From assembly GCA_964016885.1 (NCBI GenBank), contig OZ024763.1, positions 11,160,001 through 11,224,000 on the forward strand: a DNA stretch of 64,000 nt, in the 5' to 3' direction. The notes below the pieces were generated by a model. That model ran no database searches. It was not told the origin of the DNA and was given only the letters and a program-made list of their open reading frames with translations. Shown piece after piece: positions 40,897 through 56,833 of this stretch (position 1 is its first letter; the number at the start of each line of letters is the position of its first letter). Source of the stretch: Eledone cirrhosa. Its lineage: Eukaryota. The translations under genes and the position numbers were made by a program.

Positions 40897-42225
40897 CGTG
40901 ACGTTTGTGCAAACTATCACTGAAAGGTCAGGCGGAGGTGACGAACGCTTACATAGCGTCCGTCATCTGCTACCGCCTGACCGTCGTGCCTTGCCCCAAG
41001 GAAAAGATCACCATCATGGAACGCATGCTCTTCCAGTTCCTCTGGAAGAAGCGGCCTCCCATGGTGAGGAGATCCATCTGCTGCCAGCACCCTTCGAAAG
41101 GAGGGCTGGGTATGCCGTGGCTGTTGATGCGTAGGCACGCATTGAGGCTATGGCATCTACAAGTATTCCTCACCGGTCAGCCGGTGTGGGCCCCGTTTGT
41201 GAGGCGAGCCTTCCCACAGCTCGTCTCGCTCACCGAACTGCAATCCTGGGTGAAGCAAAGACCGAGAAAACTGGGCAACTGGCACACCGAGTGTGCCCAG
41301 GCGCTCACGGCTATCTGGCAAGCGGACCCGACTGTCAGTGGAGAATCCACCTCGACATTCTATAGAGGGCTGGTGGCTAGCAGGGGCGACGACGCCCTTG
41401 GAGAGTCGCTAGGCATGGAGGAGGACGAACTGGCCAGCCTGTTCGGTAGAACTTTCGGCCCGGGACCCCTGGACAACTTCCAGGGGTCCCTAGCCTGGCA
41501 GTGTTACCGGGGGGCTCTGCCCGTTCAAGAAAAGCTCTACAGACACGGGCGCCCGGGCGGGGATCCAGCGAAGAAGATCTGTCCCAGATGCGTGCGCGAC
41601 GAGGAAACCGTTGCGCATGCACTGGTACACTGCCCGGGCGTTGCCGATCTGTGGGGCTACGTCGAACGACTGCTGTCGCGTGTGGCGCCGATTCGATTAA
41701 CCGCTGAGTCTGTGGTGAACATCAAGCCGCCTCCTCCCTTCAGAAATGAAGCAGAGGCGGTCTTTCTGTGCGTAATAGCCATGATGAAAGAGGTTGTGTG
41801 GTGGACGCGCCTGAAAGGTCTGAGGTCGGGTGACTTTCTCTCCGGCCATCACCTGGTTTACTTCTTCCGATACCACTTCGGAAGAAGGATCAGGATGGAG
41901 AGAGAAGTGCTTGGCCCCAGACAGTTTTATGAAAGGTGGGTGAAAGAAGCGAGAATGGCTCGTGTAAATGGGCCTTCTCTCTACATTGTCCTGTAGGTGA
42001 AGAAGTGAAGAGGAAAGGGGGAGCGCCTCCTCTCTGGGCTTCCCCCGCGAAAAGGGTTGCACACTTTTCGGGGGTATGTGCAATCCCCAACACGCCCCCT
42101 CCCTTTTGAGGACTTTTTATTATTATATTATTATTGTTATTCCTTTTTTTCTTTACTCGATTTATGTAAACTCTCCCACTGTGTATTTGTCCCCTTCTTT
42201 TGTGGCCTCGTGGCAAATAAATAGA
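40897..42225 (+). mobile_element. 5'-truncated Tx1-like LINE (363-aa open C-terminus with CCHC zinc finger, 3' UTR, (TCTA)n tail)
   Basis: ORF 40905-41996 has LSLKG, FLW, GGLGMP and CPRCVRDEETVAHALVHC; followed by aataaa and (tcta)n. Confidence 0.9.
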
Positions 42226-42286
42226 AATCTATCTATCTTTCTATCTATCTATCTATCTATCTATTTTCTGTCTGACTGAAACGATG

Positions 42287-42317
<31 letters not shown>

Positions 42318-42318
42318 T

Positions 42319-42361
<43 letters not shown>

Positions 42362-42426
42362 CACACATACACACATACATGCATATATATATATATACAC
42401 TCACACACACACACACACAAAGAAAG

Positions 42427-42489
<63 letters not shown>

Positions 42490-42579
42490 AACTAGTGCAA
42501 AAGATGTATGCTGATAGGCAGACAGACAACATTGGTTAAAACCACGGAATAAATATAGGTGTACATAAGTTCCTCCTCA

Positions 42580-42640
<61 letters not shown>

Positions 42641-43079
42641 AAGTATATATCCCTACACGCAAAAAGCGTCCAGGGACATAGTGAGTACAGTGAATTTTTT
42701 GAAATTTATTTTTAAACTTTTTCTTATTTGCTAAACCTTGATTATATATATACATACATACATACATACATACATACATACATACATACACACATACACA
42801 CACACATACACACATACATACATACATACATACATAAATCTCACAGTCTGTGAGGATGAGAGAGATGGTGGTGGTGTTGATGTAGGAATGTTTAAACACT
42901 TGATGTATTGTCGGTGATGGTCGCTCTACAATGTAGTCTTTGTGTTCCGTCCTAATATGGTATAGTGGACATGTTTGTGTTTACACCGCTTGCACAGCCT
43001 TTCACGTCTTCATTACGAAGCGATGAAAGATTTTGGCGGAGTTGTTTTTTTTTTTTATGGTTTCTTTAATTTTTGTTGC

Positions 43080-43223
43080 TTATTTTCGCTACAAAACAAA
43101 TCTTAGCGGGAATTCTTGAAAAATAAAGAAATTTATTTTTTTCTTTAAAAATATTATCAACTGTTACTAAATATATAAAGTGTGTTAGTGTGTATGAAAT
43201 ACATGTCCCGCCCCCCTCACCCC

Positions 43224-43262
<39 letters not shown>

Positions 43263-43283
43263 GTTGACGTTTACCCTTATATA

Positions 43284-43316
<33 letters not shown>

Positions 43317-43381
43317 TAAAGAGACAGTGCGCAGTGCGTGCGTGTGTGTATGTGAGAGAGTGTATGTGTGTGTGTGCGTCC

Positions 43382-43418
<37 letters not shown>

Positions 43419-43550
43419 GGGGGCATATATTTCATACACACTAACACACTTTATATATTTAGTAACAGTTGATAATATTTTTAAAGAAAAAAATAAATTT
43501 CTTTATTTTTCAAGAATTCCCGTTAAGATTTGTTTTTGTGGCGAAAATAA
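43080..43550. repeat. Inverted repeat with arms of about 120 bp around a microsatellite spacer
   Basis: 43080-43201 is the reverse complement of about 43428-43550. Confidence 0.8.
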
Positions 43551-44734
43551 CAAACAAAAGTAAAATAAAACCTAAAAAACAACATTTAGGCGGAGAGAAA
43601 CAAACAGAAGTCCTGGAACAGACGAATAAAGAAGAAGAACATAGATGAGAGGAAAGATTTATGATGAACGGGACCGAAAACCCCGGGTCTTCAGCTGTCG
43701 ATGTGGACTGACGCAGTTTCGACCCCTACCGACAATACTGCTGCTCCTTTCCAGGCCTGATGTCGCATAGGAATTGAATATATCAATGTATAATGTATTT
43801 TATGACGTATTGTTTTCGATAACCAATCAAATCTCTATATACTGCTGACCAATCATGCATCAATATGTTTGCGAATAGTTTAGTTTATATATTGTCCTGC
43901 TACTCCCAATCGTTTGAATTATCGGGAACGTAAAACAAACTCTTATTTCAAAAACATCCAGCTTCTAATAACATGTACACACTCTAGCTTGGGTATTGAG
44001 TGCTTCACACTGACACACACACGGATGCACACACAAACACACGCACACGGATGTACACACACACACACACACGGATGACACACACACACACAGGATGCAC
44101 GCACACGCACAGACACACACAGACATATATATATATACATTAATACATACACATGTACAAACAAATACAGATACACGCCTGTCCCTACGGCATCTCCCCC
44201 AGCCCACTCCCACATATATATATACTTATGTGTGTGTGTTTGTGTGTGTTAGTGTGTGTGTGTGTGGTTGTGTGTGTATATGCATGCGTGTGTGTATGAT
44301 TGTGTGTGTGTGGTGTGCATGTGTGTGATTGTGTGTGTGTGCGTGATTGTGTGTGTGAATGTGTGTGTGTGTGTGATTGTGTGTGTGTGTGTGTGTGATT
44401 GTGTGTGTGTGTGTGTGAGTGTGTATGCATGTGTGTGTGTGTGAGTGTGTATGCATGTGTGTGTGTGTGTGTGTATGCATGTGTGTGTGTGTGTGAGTGT
44501 GTGTGTGTGTGTGTCCAGAATAGACATGTATTCAGCAAAAATCAATAAACGATATATAGGAAGCTAGCTTTGGTTCCAAGAATTGGTCAGAAATCGATGA
44601 CACTTTATCGATATAACTGTTTCTGCAATTCAGCTTTGTATCTGTCATGTCTGCTAGGTTAGTGTTATTGGAGGAAGGGGGGGGGGGTAGCTAGGTGTGG
44701 GGTGGGGTGAGGTTGTATCACTGTAGTTGGCGTT

Positions 44735-45297
44735 GTTATTGTTGGTGGTGTTGTTGGTGTTTGTATTGTTGGTGTTGTTGTTGTTGTTGATGGTGGTGTT
44801 GTTGTTGATGGTGGTGGTGTTGTTGTTGATGGTTTGTTGTTGTTGTTGTTGCTGTTGGTGGTGGTGATGTTGTTGGTGGTGGTGTTGTTGTTGTTGTTGT
44901 TGTTGTTGGTTTGTTGTTGTCGTTGTTGCTGTTGGTGGTGGTGGTGATGTTGGTGGTGGTGTTGGTGGTGGGGTGGTGGTGGTGGTGGTGATGTTGTTGT
45001 TGTTGGTTTGTCGTTGTCGTTGTTGTTGTTGTTGTTGTTGATGGTGGTGATGTTGTTGGTGGTGGTGGTGGTGATGTTGTTGTTGTTGTTGGTTTGTTGT
45101 TGTTGCTGTTGGTGGTGTTGTTGGTGGTGGTGGTGGTGTTGTTGTTGTTGGTTTGTTGTTGTCGTTGTTGTTGTTGTTGGTGGTAGTGGTGGTGTTGTTG
45201 TTGGTTTGTTGTTGTTGGTGGTGGTGTTTGTTGTTGGTGGTGGTGGTGTTGTTGTTGATGGTTTGTTGTTGTTGTTGGTGGTGGTGTTGTTGTTGGT

Positions 45298-45347
<50 letters not shown>

Positions 45348-45420
45348 GGTTTGTTGTTGTCGTTGTTGTTGTTGTTGGTGGTGGTGGTTTTGTTGTTGGT
45401 TTGTTGTTGTTGTTGTTGTC
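44735..45420. repeat. (GTT/GGT)n compound trinucleotide repeat
   Basis: Visible periodicity; similar (ACA/CCA)n at 46013-46360. Confidence 0.9.
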
Positions 45421-45497
45421 CAGACTCCTCCACTTGGTTGGCTTCTATCCATTAGTCTACTCCTCTCTCTCTCTGCTCCTCTCTCTCACTCACACAT

Positions 45498-45558
<61 letters not shown>

Positions 45559-45640
45559 GCGTGTCTTTCTATCTGTCTCTCTACTTTCAATTATGTTTAC
45601 TCTGCCCCCCCCCCCCACCTCCCAACCTCCTTCTCACACA

Positions 45641-45672
<32 letters not shown>

Positions 45673-46321
45673 CACTTTCTCTCTGCCTCTATCACATTTT
45701 GTTTCTCTTTTTATTGATTTCATCTTTCATATCTCTCCTCCTCCTTCTCTCTCTCACTTTCATCTTTAATAATAATAATAATAATTATTATTATTATTAT
45801 TATTATTATCAGTAGTAATAGTAGTAGTAGTAGTAGTGTTATTGTTGTTATTGTTGTTATTCCAATCAGAACATTACAAATGAGAAGATGAAAACAACAT
45901 TGTTTTCCCTTTAAATAAAATATATTCTTAATCGATTGATCAATGAATCAATCAATGATTCGATTAATCACTAATCGATGATGGTGGGGGTGGGTAGGGT
46001 AGACAGAAGGAGAACAACAACAACAACAACAACAACAATAACAATAACATCAACAACAGTTTCAACAATAATACCACCACCACCAACAACAACAACAACA
46101 CTACCAATAACAACAAGAGTTACAAAAAATATCCTAACAACAGCAATAATAATAACACCACCACCACCATCAACAACAGTTACAACAACACTACCACCAC
46201 CATCAACAACAACAGTTACAACAACACTACTACCAACAACAACAACACAACCAATAACACGACCAATAACAACAATAAAAACAATAACACGACCAACAAT
46301 AACAACAATAACACCACCACC

Positions 46322-46353
<32 letters not shown>

Positions 46354-46364
46354 CAAACACAATC

Positions 46365-47720
46365 TTCAGCCAGTGATCTGTTATGAGGTCTCCAGCTGGG
46401 GATTTCATATTTGACATTTTCTGTAGAGCTCTTTCCAGTATTGTGTTATTTCATATTGCTCCAGTCCTTTTGTTGGACATGGTGTTAGTAACCTTACTCC
46501 AGTCCTTTTGTTGGACATGGTGTTAGTAACCTTACTGTAGTCCTTTTGTTGGACATGGTGTTAGTAACCTTGCTCCAGTCCTTTTGTTGGACATGGTGTT
46601 AGTAACCTTGCTCCAGTCCTTTTGTTGGACATGGTGTTAGTAACCTTACTCCAGTCCTTTTGTTGGACATGGTGTTAGTAACCTTACTCCAGTCCTTTTG
46701 TTGGACATGGTGTTAGTAACCTTGCTCCAGTCCTTTTGTTGGACATGGTGTTAGTAACCTTACTCCAGTCCTTTTGTTGGACATGGTGTTAGTCTCCTTA
46801 CTCCAGTCCTTTTGGCTATACAGCTTCTTTGTTAAACTCATTATTTGTTTCCCATACAGATCTCCATTAACACTCAACCTGATGTTGTGTAGGGGTATCT
46901 TTTACAGAGATTGGACCTTTCACATTGAAGCTACGATAGACTTGGGATCTTTGGCAAATAACCTATTCCATATTAGCCATTATACTTGGTTCTTTATAAT
47001 TATACTTTAGTTCTTTATGATAAGTTAGCAATGTGATAGCTGACACATATATCAACAGGTTTAAGGTTCTGTAGTTAGTTTTCATACCTCTTGATTGCAT
47101 TCAGATAATTGTCTATTATTTCATTAACTGCCTCCAATTCTAATTTAATAGGTTCTTTACTTATATTGGTGTTGTATGGTCTATCATTAAAATTAAGGTT
47201 CTGAACCTGTTAAAACATCATCTCAAATCACTTGTAAGGTGTCCACAAGTTTTTGGGCTTCTTCTGTTTGTACAGTAGAGGTATGGATTTCAGCTAAATT
47301 GTTGGTGTGTTGTTTACTGCTAGATTTAGCTGACTGTTCTGTCTGTCCATCAATGAAAGTGGGATGATTATCTTCAATGGCTGGCTTTGTAGTGCCAGCT
47401 TGCTTTGAAATTAAGTTCCGTTAAATGTATCAATTTACATCTAATGATGCGTTTTACTTGTTTATTTAAATGTTTTGGGGAAAAGACTAACTCTGGATGT
47501 TATTTAGCCTTTGCGTAAAACCGAACTTTTGGGTCAAATTTGTATATATGCTTCATATAAATCTTTGTTAAGATTGTAGCTCTATTGTATACATGATTGT
47601 AGTCACGATTTCGTCGAAGGGGACTATGAGCTCCTTTAAAAGTTTTGACAAAGTTTATTCAGAATTAAATTTAAAGTTGTTCACAGCTTGGGTTATCTTT
47701 CCTTTCAAATGGTTTTTAAT
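46365..47720 (-). mobile_element. Degenerate N-terminal part of an R4/Dong-type LINE ORF
   Basis: Broken frames read NKDLYEAY...FTQRL and NLLIYVSAITL, ending ALQKMSNMKSPAGDLITDHWLK at the start of RT. Confidence 0.55.
46460..46812. repeat. 38-bp tandem repeat, about 9 copies
   Basis: ctccagtccttttgttggacatggtgttagtaacctt(a/g), with no spacers. Confidence 0.95.
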
Positions 47721-47869
47721 CATACAATTGTATATAAACATATATAGTTAACGTACTTTTGGTGAATTGTTTTGAAGCTCTACTTGGCTTATAACATTAC
47801 AAGGCCGTGGTTAACTATGTAATGTTTATATAGATATCTTACAATATATGTAATGTTTATATAACTTGT

Positions 47870-49075
47870 CCTTATGTTATATTGCCTTCATATAAACAGT
47901 AATTACACATGTTCGAGTATCCGACTGACCACAACAATCACCATTCTGTATGTATGTTTCTCTTTCTCTTAATTTCGAGTACATTTTTGACCGGCCACCT
48001 TCCAGGTGGCAAGGTTGTAAAAGAAAAGAAATTGTCATCCCCCGAATCGCAAGAATGTTTTGCAAATGTTGAAGGTACCAGCTATCGCAGCCATTTCTAG
48101 TCTATGAATTAGGGAACTGCGTTCTTTGTCCGCAAATCCAAGTTCAGTTATACATTGGTCCAAGTGGGTTGGTATATAACCCGTAGCTCCAATAATGATG
48201 TGTATGAAGCTAAAGGTGTATCTTGGATACTGGATTTGTAAACTCCTCATCAATGGTCTGTAGATGTCCTCCTTCTCTTGTATTTTTCTTACAACATTGA
48301 CATCAAGTGGGCAGCTGATCTCTACAACAGAACACGTTTTCAATGTGTGGTCCCAAACAACAATATCAGGCCGGTTGTGCTTTAATTTGGTGGCAGTTTT
48401 TATTTTCAGGTCTCACCAGTATTCCTTAGTGCCATCTACCTCAACATATTCCTCCTGATTTGTTTTTAATTTTGTTTTCCTAAGTGCATTCCAGATGGTG
48501 CTAGCTATCCCATCATGTCTCAAAGGGAGGTAGTAACGAGACGACATTCTTTCACAGTTGGCAACAATGTAGCTAACATCTTCGATCTTTGTTTTACATA
48601 ATCTACATTTATTGTCGACTGATGGCCCTCCTCTTTTGTATAGCGAATATTTGGTAGGGAGTTCTTGTTCCTGTATTGTATAGAGATATCCTTGAAAGTG
48701 GGATGTCATAAACTTGTTGGAACTCAATGCCAGGTTTTTTTTAATGATTTACCCCCTCTATGGTCTGTGTCTTTCGTCTCAGGTACTCGTGCACAATTTT
48801 CTCTGTAGACTACTATACTTATCTATATTACTCACACTTTGGAGCCTCCTGGCAACATATCCATGCATGATTCAGGGGACAGTATTTCATCCATGGATTC
48901 ACTGCGGTATTGCTGTACAATTTCCTTGGGTGTGAGTTTTTGGACACCATGCAAGAAGTATTTCTCAGGGAACTCCTTCCCAACTCTCGCGGTGTTATCT
49001 GCCATATGTAGACAGACCTGTTCTGTAGATGGGTTTCTTGCTTCATTGTTCGTTTAAGCCCATCTTCCACCGTTC
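47870..49075 (-). mobile_element. R4/Dong-type LINE C-terminal fragment (zinc knuckle + RLE)
   Basis: IQEQELPT, CRLCKTKIEDVSYIVANC, RHDGIA, RPDIVVWD, VEISCPLD, IIIGATG. Confidence 0.85.
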
Positions 49076-49262
49076 AGTCGACTTTTACGTCCCATTATTA
49101 CGGCCCTTGCCATTCTGAGTTCAAATCCCGCTGAGGTTAACTTTGCCTTCCATCCTTACGGGGTCGATAAAATAAAGTACCAGTAATCTACTGGACAATT
49201 GCTGGCCTTGTGCCAAAAGTAGAAACAATTATTATTAATAAATAAAGAAATCATTATTATTA

Positions 49263-49353
49263 GACACGGTCATATCACGCTGAAAACACCGGTTCTCGTC
49301 CGATCACCGAAGTTAAGCAACGTCGGGACTAGTTAGTACTTAGATGGGTGACC
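49263..49353 (+). pseudogene. 5S rRNA-derived fragment, 3'-truncated
   Basis: catatcacgctgaaaacaccggttctcgtccgatcaccgaagttaagcaacgtcgg..ttagtacttagatgggtgacc matches metazoan 5S, including the internal control region; about 25 nt of the 3' end are missing. Confidence 0.9.
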
Positions 49354-49997
49354 ATAAGCATTTCCTGTGGAAGGGCGGTGGATTGGCAGTATCGGTAGAG
49401 GGTCGGACGCCATGCTATCAGCAAAGAGTTACGGCCCTTTACGGTACGAGTTCAAATCCCGTCGAGGTTAACTTTGCCTTTCATTCTTACGGGGTCGATA
49501 AAATAAAGTACCAGTAATGCACTGGGATAATTGCTGACTTTGTGCCAAAAGTAGAAATAATTATTATTAGACTAGTTTTAGTCAAAGATTTGGCGAGATC
49601 TTCTAATTCAATTTTGTATATATGTATATATATATAGATATATATATAAATGTATGTATGTATGTATGTATGTAAGTGTAAATCTATGTGTATGTATATA
49701 TGTTTGTATGTATGCATTTATATATATATATATATATATACACATGCATATATGTGTATATGTGTGTGTGTATATATATATGTATGTGTGTATATATATG
49801 TGTGTGTGTATATGTATCTCCCTGAGCGCAGGTCACACGCCATTCACCATTTGCTGGTACCAATGTGATCAAGAAATTAGCACCATTCTTTCCAGAGAAA
49901 TCCATATTCATACTTCGATTCAATTACATCCCCCCCCTCCTCCTCCCATCTCATTACCATCACCACCACCACAGCCAATACTCAATACATAGCAGAG

Positions 49998-51765
<1,768 letters not shown>

Positions 51766-52303
51766 ATAGTATTCATTATGTCTTACTTTCCCCTCTACTA
51801 TTATTGATTGATTTTCGATCTCTTTCCGTTATCTTTCTTAAGATGTTCACGCCATTTTGAAATAATCGTTCCCACTAATACTTCTCCTACATTTTCTACA
51901 TCACTTTTTTTACCAATCTCTCACTCCATCTACTCCTGTCTGTAGACTCTCGCTTTCTTGTTGGTCCTTAGCTAGACGTCACTTTCTCATATATATACAC
52001 ATATATATATATATATACTTTGTATATCTATACCTATCTATCTCTATATATATATCTATATCTATCTATATATATAGAGAGAGAGAGAGAGAGACGTGTA
52101 TATCTATCTCTCTATCTCTATCTCTCTATATATATTGGCTTGGCTAACCACGCGTTTACTTGGGTCGTCTGCTTGTATTTGAATGTCATCCGTTTGCTTT
52201 GAAACATCCGTCTGCTTGCTTCTTTTTTTTTAATGGTTGTCTGCTTGCTGAATATCATCGCGCCTGTTTGTACTAAAAACTCGTCTGCTAAGATACACAC
52301 ACA

Positions 52304-52344
<41 letters not shown>

Positions 52345-52721
52345 ACATGTATATATATATGTTTATCCCGGGTTCAATCGGGGGTAACCACAGTAAGTAA
52401 GGTACTCAATACATAGCAGAGTAAAAATGTTTAATATAGATATGGCTTCTACAGCTGTTTCCTGATGATTTCTCCCGAATGAAACAGCTCTAGTCCTGTA
52501 GAAGCCATTTCTATATAGGTTTGTTGGTTCACCACTGGATAGAACTGGTCATTCCGCCTAGTCAACCGTGATGTAATATTAGGAAAAGCACTCGACGTAT
52601 TGCAACTCACCCGTCTTCGTTTAGGTTGAATCTTGTTGGTGGTGCGAGAACGGAGTTAATTATTATTGAGTAAAACGACAGGAGGCTGGACTGGTGAAAT
52701 CCCTTAAAGATGTATTACAAA

Positions 52722-52777
52722 CACTATGTACATTTCAATGACCGGGTCCTGCATGAACCCGGTGACATCATCATGTG
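52722..52777 (-). ncRNA. Hammerhead-like motif with C3A core
   Basis: Reverse complement: cac-ATGATGA-(accgggt/acccggt stem II)-GAAA-tgtaca-TA-gtg; palindromic stem III. Confidence 0.5.
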
Positions 52778-52883
52778 ATACGAAATGTATCTAATATAGG
52801 AATATAATAAGATTTAAAGGTCTTTCGCTATGAATGAATTTTAAGGTTGAGATCACCGTCACACACGTAGCGTAAACAAAAAC

Positions 52884-52941
52884 AGGGAGTTATATAGTCT
52901 CGATAACCGCTAGCAAGCGAGAAACGCGTCGATTACTTCCC
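52884..52941 (+). ncRNA. Hammerhead-like motif, U3-A8 plus U4C core
   Basis: tagtc-TCGATAA-c cgct agca agcg a-GAAAC-gc-GTC-gatta; stem I can extend via gggagt/acttcc. Confidence 0.6.
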
Positions 52942-53070
52942 CTTGCTTTTGATGAGGCTGGATGTATGACGATGATCACAACCTTAAAATTTTATAGCGA
53001 ATGGCTTTCAAATGTTTTTCATAAGCATCCTGTACACTATTCACTATACAATACGTACACATGTGCGCGT

Positions 53071-53202
<132 letters not shown>

Positions 53203-53227
53203 GCATACACACACATATATATATATA

Positions 53228-53468
53228 TACCACCCATCCCACTCTGTAAAGTGGACGGCAAAAAGCACGCAGCCCACACTGTCAATGTGGTTGGCGTTAG
53301 GTAGGGCATTTAGCCATAGAAAACCAGCCAGAAATTCTCCCGTGAGCGAGACACGGTCACCCGACTCAATTTGCCTCTAAATGGGACCCGTCTAGCCCAT
53401 GCTAGTGTGGAAGATAGACTTTAATCGATGGTGATGATGATGGTGATGATGATGATGATGATGATGAT
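53228..53468 (+). mobile_element. SINE 3' part with (GAT)n tail
   Basis: gtggttggcgttaggtagggcatttagcc...cccatgctagtgtggaa followed by (gat)n. Confidence 0.55.
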
Positions 53469-54090
53469 ATATACACATGGGAATTAGAAAATGGTGGCGA
53501 CTGAAAATTTTGAAAATAGAATTAGAAGTTTTCACCATATATTGGTTACAGAAAATAGCCTAACATTAAGGTATACTTACTGAAGTGGAAAAAATAGGTA
53601 TTGACACACCTGGGAATTCTGTTACGATTATGAGGGTTCATGTGCCTTAATATTGGACTATATCCTGTCAATATATGGTGAAAGGTTCTAATTCTATTGT
53701 GAAGGATGAGTCCCCTCTATTGGAATCGCCCTTTCAGCTAATCTCCCTCTCAATCCTACAGAGTAACGCTTTCTTTATTCTGTCTGCTGGCTTCATTAGA
53801 CAGTATACACTTGGGATCCTGCTTGAGGTAGAACGGACAAAATGGAGGGAGGTTACAGACTTTTATAGACTGGTTCATGCAGTTACCTTTGGTCGCTAGA
53901 TATATATATACAGTTACCTTTGGTCGCTAGATATATATATTTATACAGTTACCTTTGGTCGCTAGATATATATATTTATACATACATATGAGGTGTCACT
54001 GGCCACTCTCCGTGGCAATGCCTTCACTATTTTCACCGCAGACTGGAGTGTAGTCTCTCTCTCTCTTTCTTTCTCTCTCTCTCTTTCTTC

Positions 54091-54133
<43 letters not shown>

Positions 54134-55453
54134 TCTCTCTTTATCTCTCTCACTCTCTTCCTATATCTCTCTCTTTATCTCACTCTCTCTTTCTTCCTCT
54201 CTCTCTCTTTCTCCCCATCTCTCTCTTTCTTCCCCCCTCTCTCTCTCTTTCTCCCCCTCTCTCTCTCTTTCTCTTTCTCTCTTTCTTTCTTCCCATCTCT
54301 CTCTTTCTCTCTCACTCTTCCTCTCTCTCTTCTCCTCTCTCTTTATCTCTCTCTTCCTCTCTGTTTCTTTATCTCTCTCTATCTCTCTCTCTTTATCTCT
54401 CTCTATCTCTCTCCCCCTCTCCCCTCTCTCTCTTTATCTCACACTCTATCTCTCTTGCTCTCTCTATCTCCCCCCTCTATCTCTATCTCTCCCCCTCGCT
54501 CTCTCTCCGCCTCTCTCTCAACCTCTCCCTTTATTTCGTTGTTTATTTCTCTTTTGTTTTTGTTTCATTTAAATATTGTTTTTTAATTGTAAATATTATT
54601 TTATTATTATGACGGTTGATTGGAAGAATCGGTAGAACATCGGACACCATGCTTCGTGGCATAGAGTTACGGCCCCTTAAGTTCTGAGTTCAAATCCCGC
54701 CGAGGATAGCTTTGTTTTTAATCCTTGCAGGGTCGATAAAAGAAAGTAGCAGTAATACACTGGGGTCGATTTAATCGACTTACCTTCCCCTCAAATTGTT
54801 GGCCTTGAGTCTAAATCAGAATTCATTATTGTTAGAAGGTCGGACGCCATGCTTTGCAGCATAGAGTTACACCCCTTTACGGTCTGAGTTCAAATGTTGA
54901 CGAGGTTAACTTTTCCTTCCATCTTGACGGCGTCGATAAAATAAAGTACCAGTAATACACTGGGTATAATTGATGGACTTGTGCCAAAAGTAGAAACAAT
55001 TATTGTACAGTATCGGTAGAGCGTCAGACGCCATGCTTTGCAGCATAGAGTTACGGCCCTTTACATTCTGAGTTCAAATCCCGCCGAGGTTAACTTTGCC
55101 TTTCATTTTTACGGGGTTGATAAAATAAAGTACCAGTAATACACTGGTGCCGAATTAATCGACTTTTCCCTCCCCTCAAATTGTTGGCCTTGTGTCTAAC
55201 TCAGAAACTATTATTGTATACAACGAGAATGAAAAAACGGAACTATAGACAACATCTTAGCCTGAATGTGACGTTGTCAGTCAATTAAAATGCAAAGCAA
55301 TTTTGCACCAGTTGCCATTTAACTTGACATATTTCATTCTTCATTTCTGCCCCCAATTCCACTCCAAATAAAAGAAGCTATTAATTCCCTCTCTATGTCA
55401 GTTCTGTGTCGCCTGAATCATTATCTACTTCCATTGAATTCTCCTCTGCTAAT

Positions 55454-55552
<99 letters not shown>

Positions 55553-55688
55553 TATAAATATATATATAAATATATATATAAATATATAAATATATACATA
55601 AATATATATATAAATATATAAATATATATATAAATATATATATAAATATATATATATATAAATATATATATATAAATATATATATATA

Positions 55689-55722
<34 letters not shown>

Positions 55723-55738
55723 AATATATATATATATA

Positions 55739-55776
<38 letters not shown>

Positions 55777-55813
55777 AATATATATATATATAAATATACA
55801 TATAAATATATAT

Positions 55814-55982
<169 letters not shown>

Positions 55983-55983
55983 A

Positions 55984-56374
<391 letters not shown>

Positions 56375-56459
56375 TATATAAGTATATATATATATATATA
56401 AGTATATATATATATATATATACTTATATATATATATATATACTTATATATATTTATAT

Positions 56460-56490
<31 letters not shown>

Positions 56491-56545
56491 AATATATATA
56501 AGTAATATATATATATATATAAGTATATATATATATATATATACT

Positions 56546-56606
<61 letters not shown>

Positions 56607-56633
56607 TAATATATATATATATATATATAAGTA

Positions 56634-56833
56634 NNNNNNNNNNNNNNNNNNNNNNNNNNNNNNNNNNNNNNNNNNNNNNNNNNNNNNNNNNNNNNNNNNN
56701 NNNNNNNNNNNNNNNNNNNNNNNNNNNNNNNNNNNNNNNNNNNNNNNNNNNNNNNNNNNNNNNNNNNNNNNNNNNNNNNNNNNNNNNNNNNNNNNNNNNN
56801 NNNNNNNNNNNNNNNNNNNNNNNNNNNNNNNNN
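56634..56833. other. Assembly gap (200 N)
   Basis: Run of N preceded by the (TA)n satellite 55484-56633. Confidence 1.

Noticed and set aside
43680-43730. Possible type II hammerhead on the minus strand (GAAACTGCGTC...CTGAAGA)
   Set aside because: Stems I and II do not pair adjacent to the core.
46460-46812. CRISPR-like 38-bp repeats
   Set aside because: Units are contiguous with no spacers, there are no cas genes, and the context is eukaryotic.
49263-49353. Functional 5S rRNA gene
   Set aside because: The 3' end and T-run terminator are missing and it is a single dispersed copy, so it is called a pseudogene.
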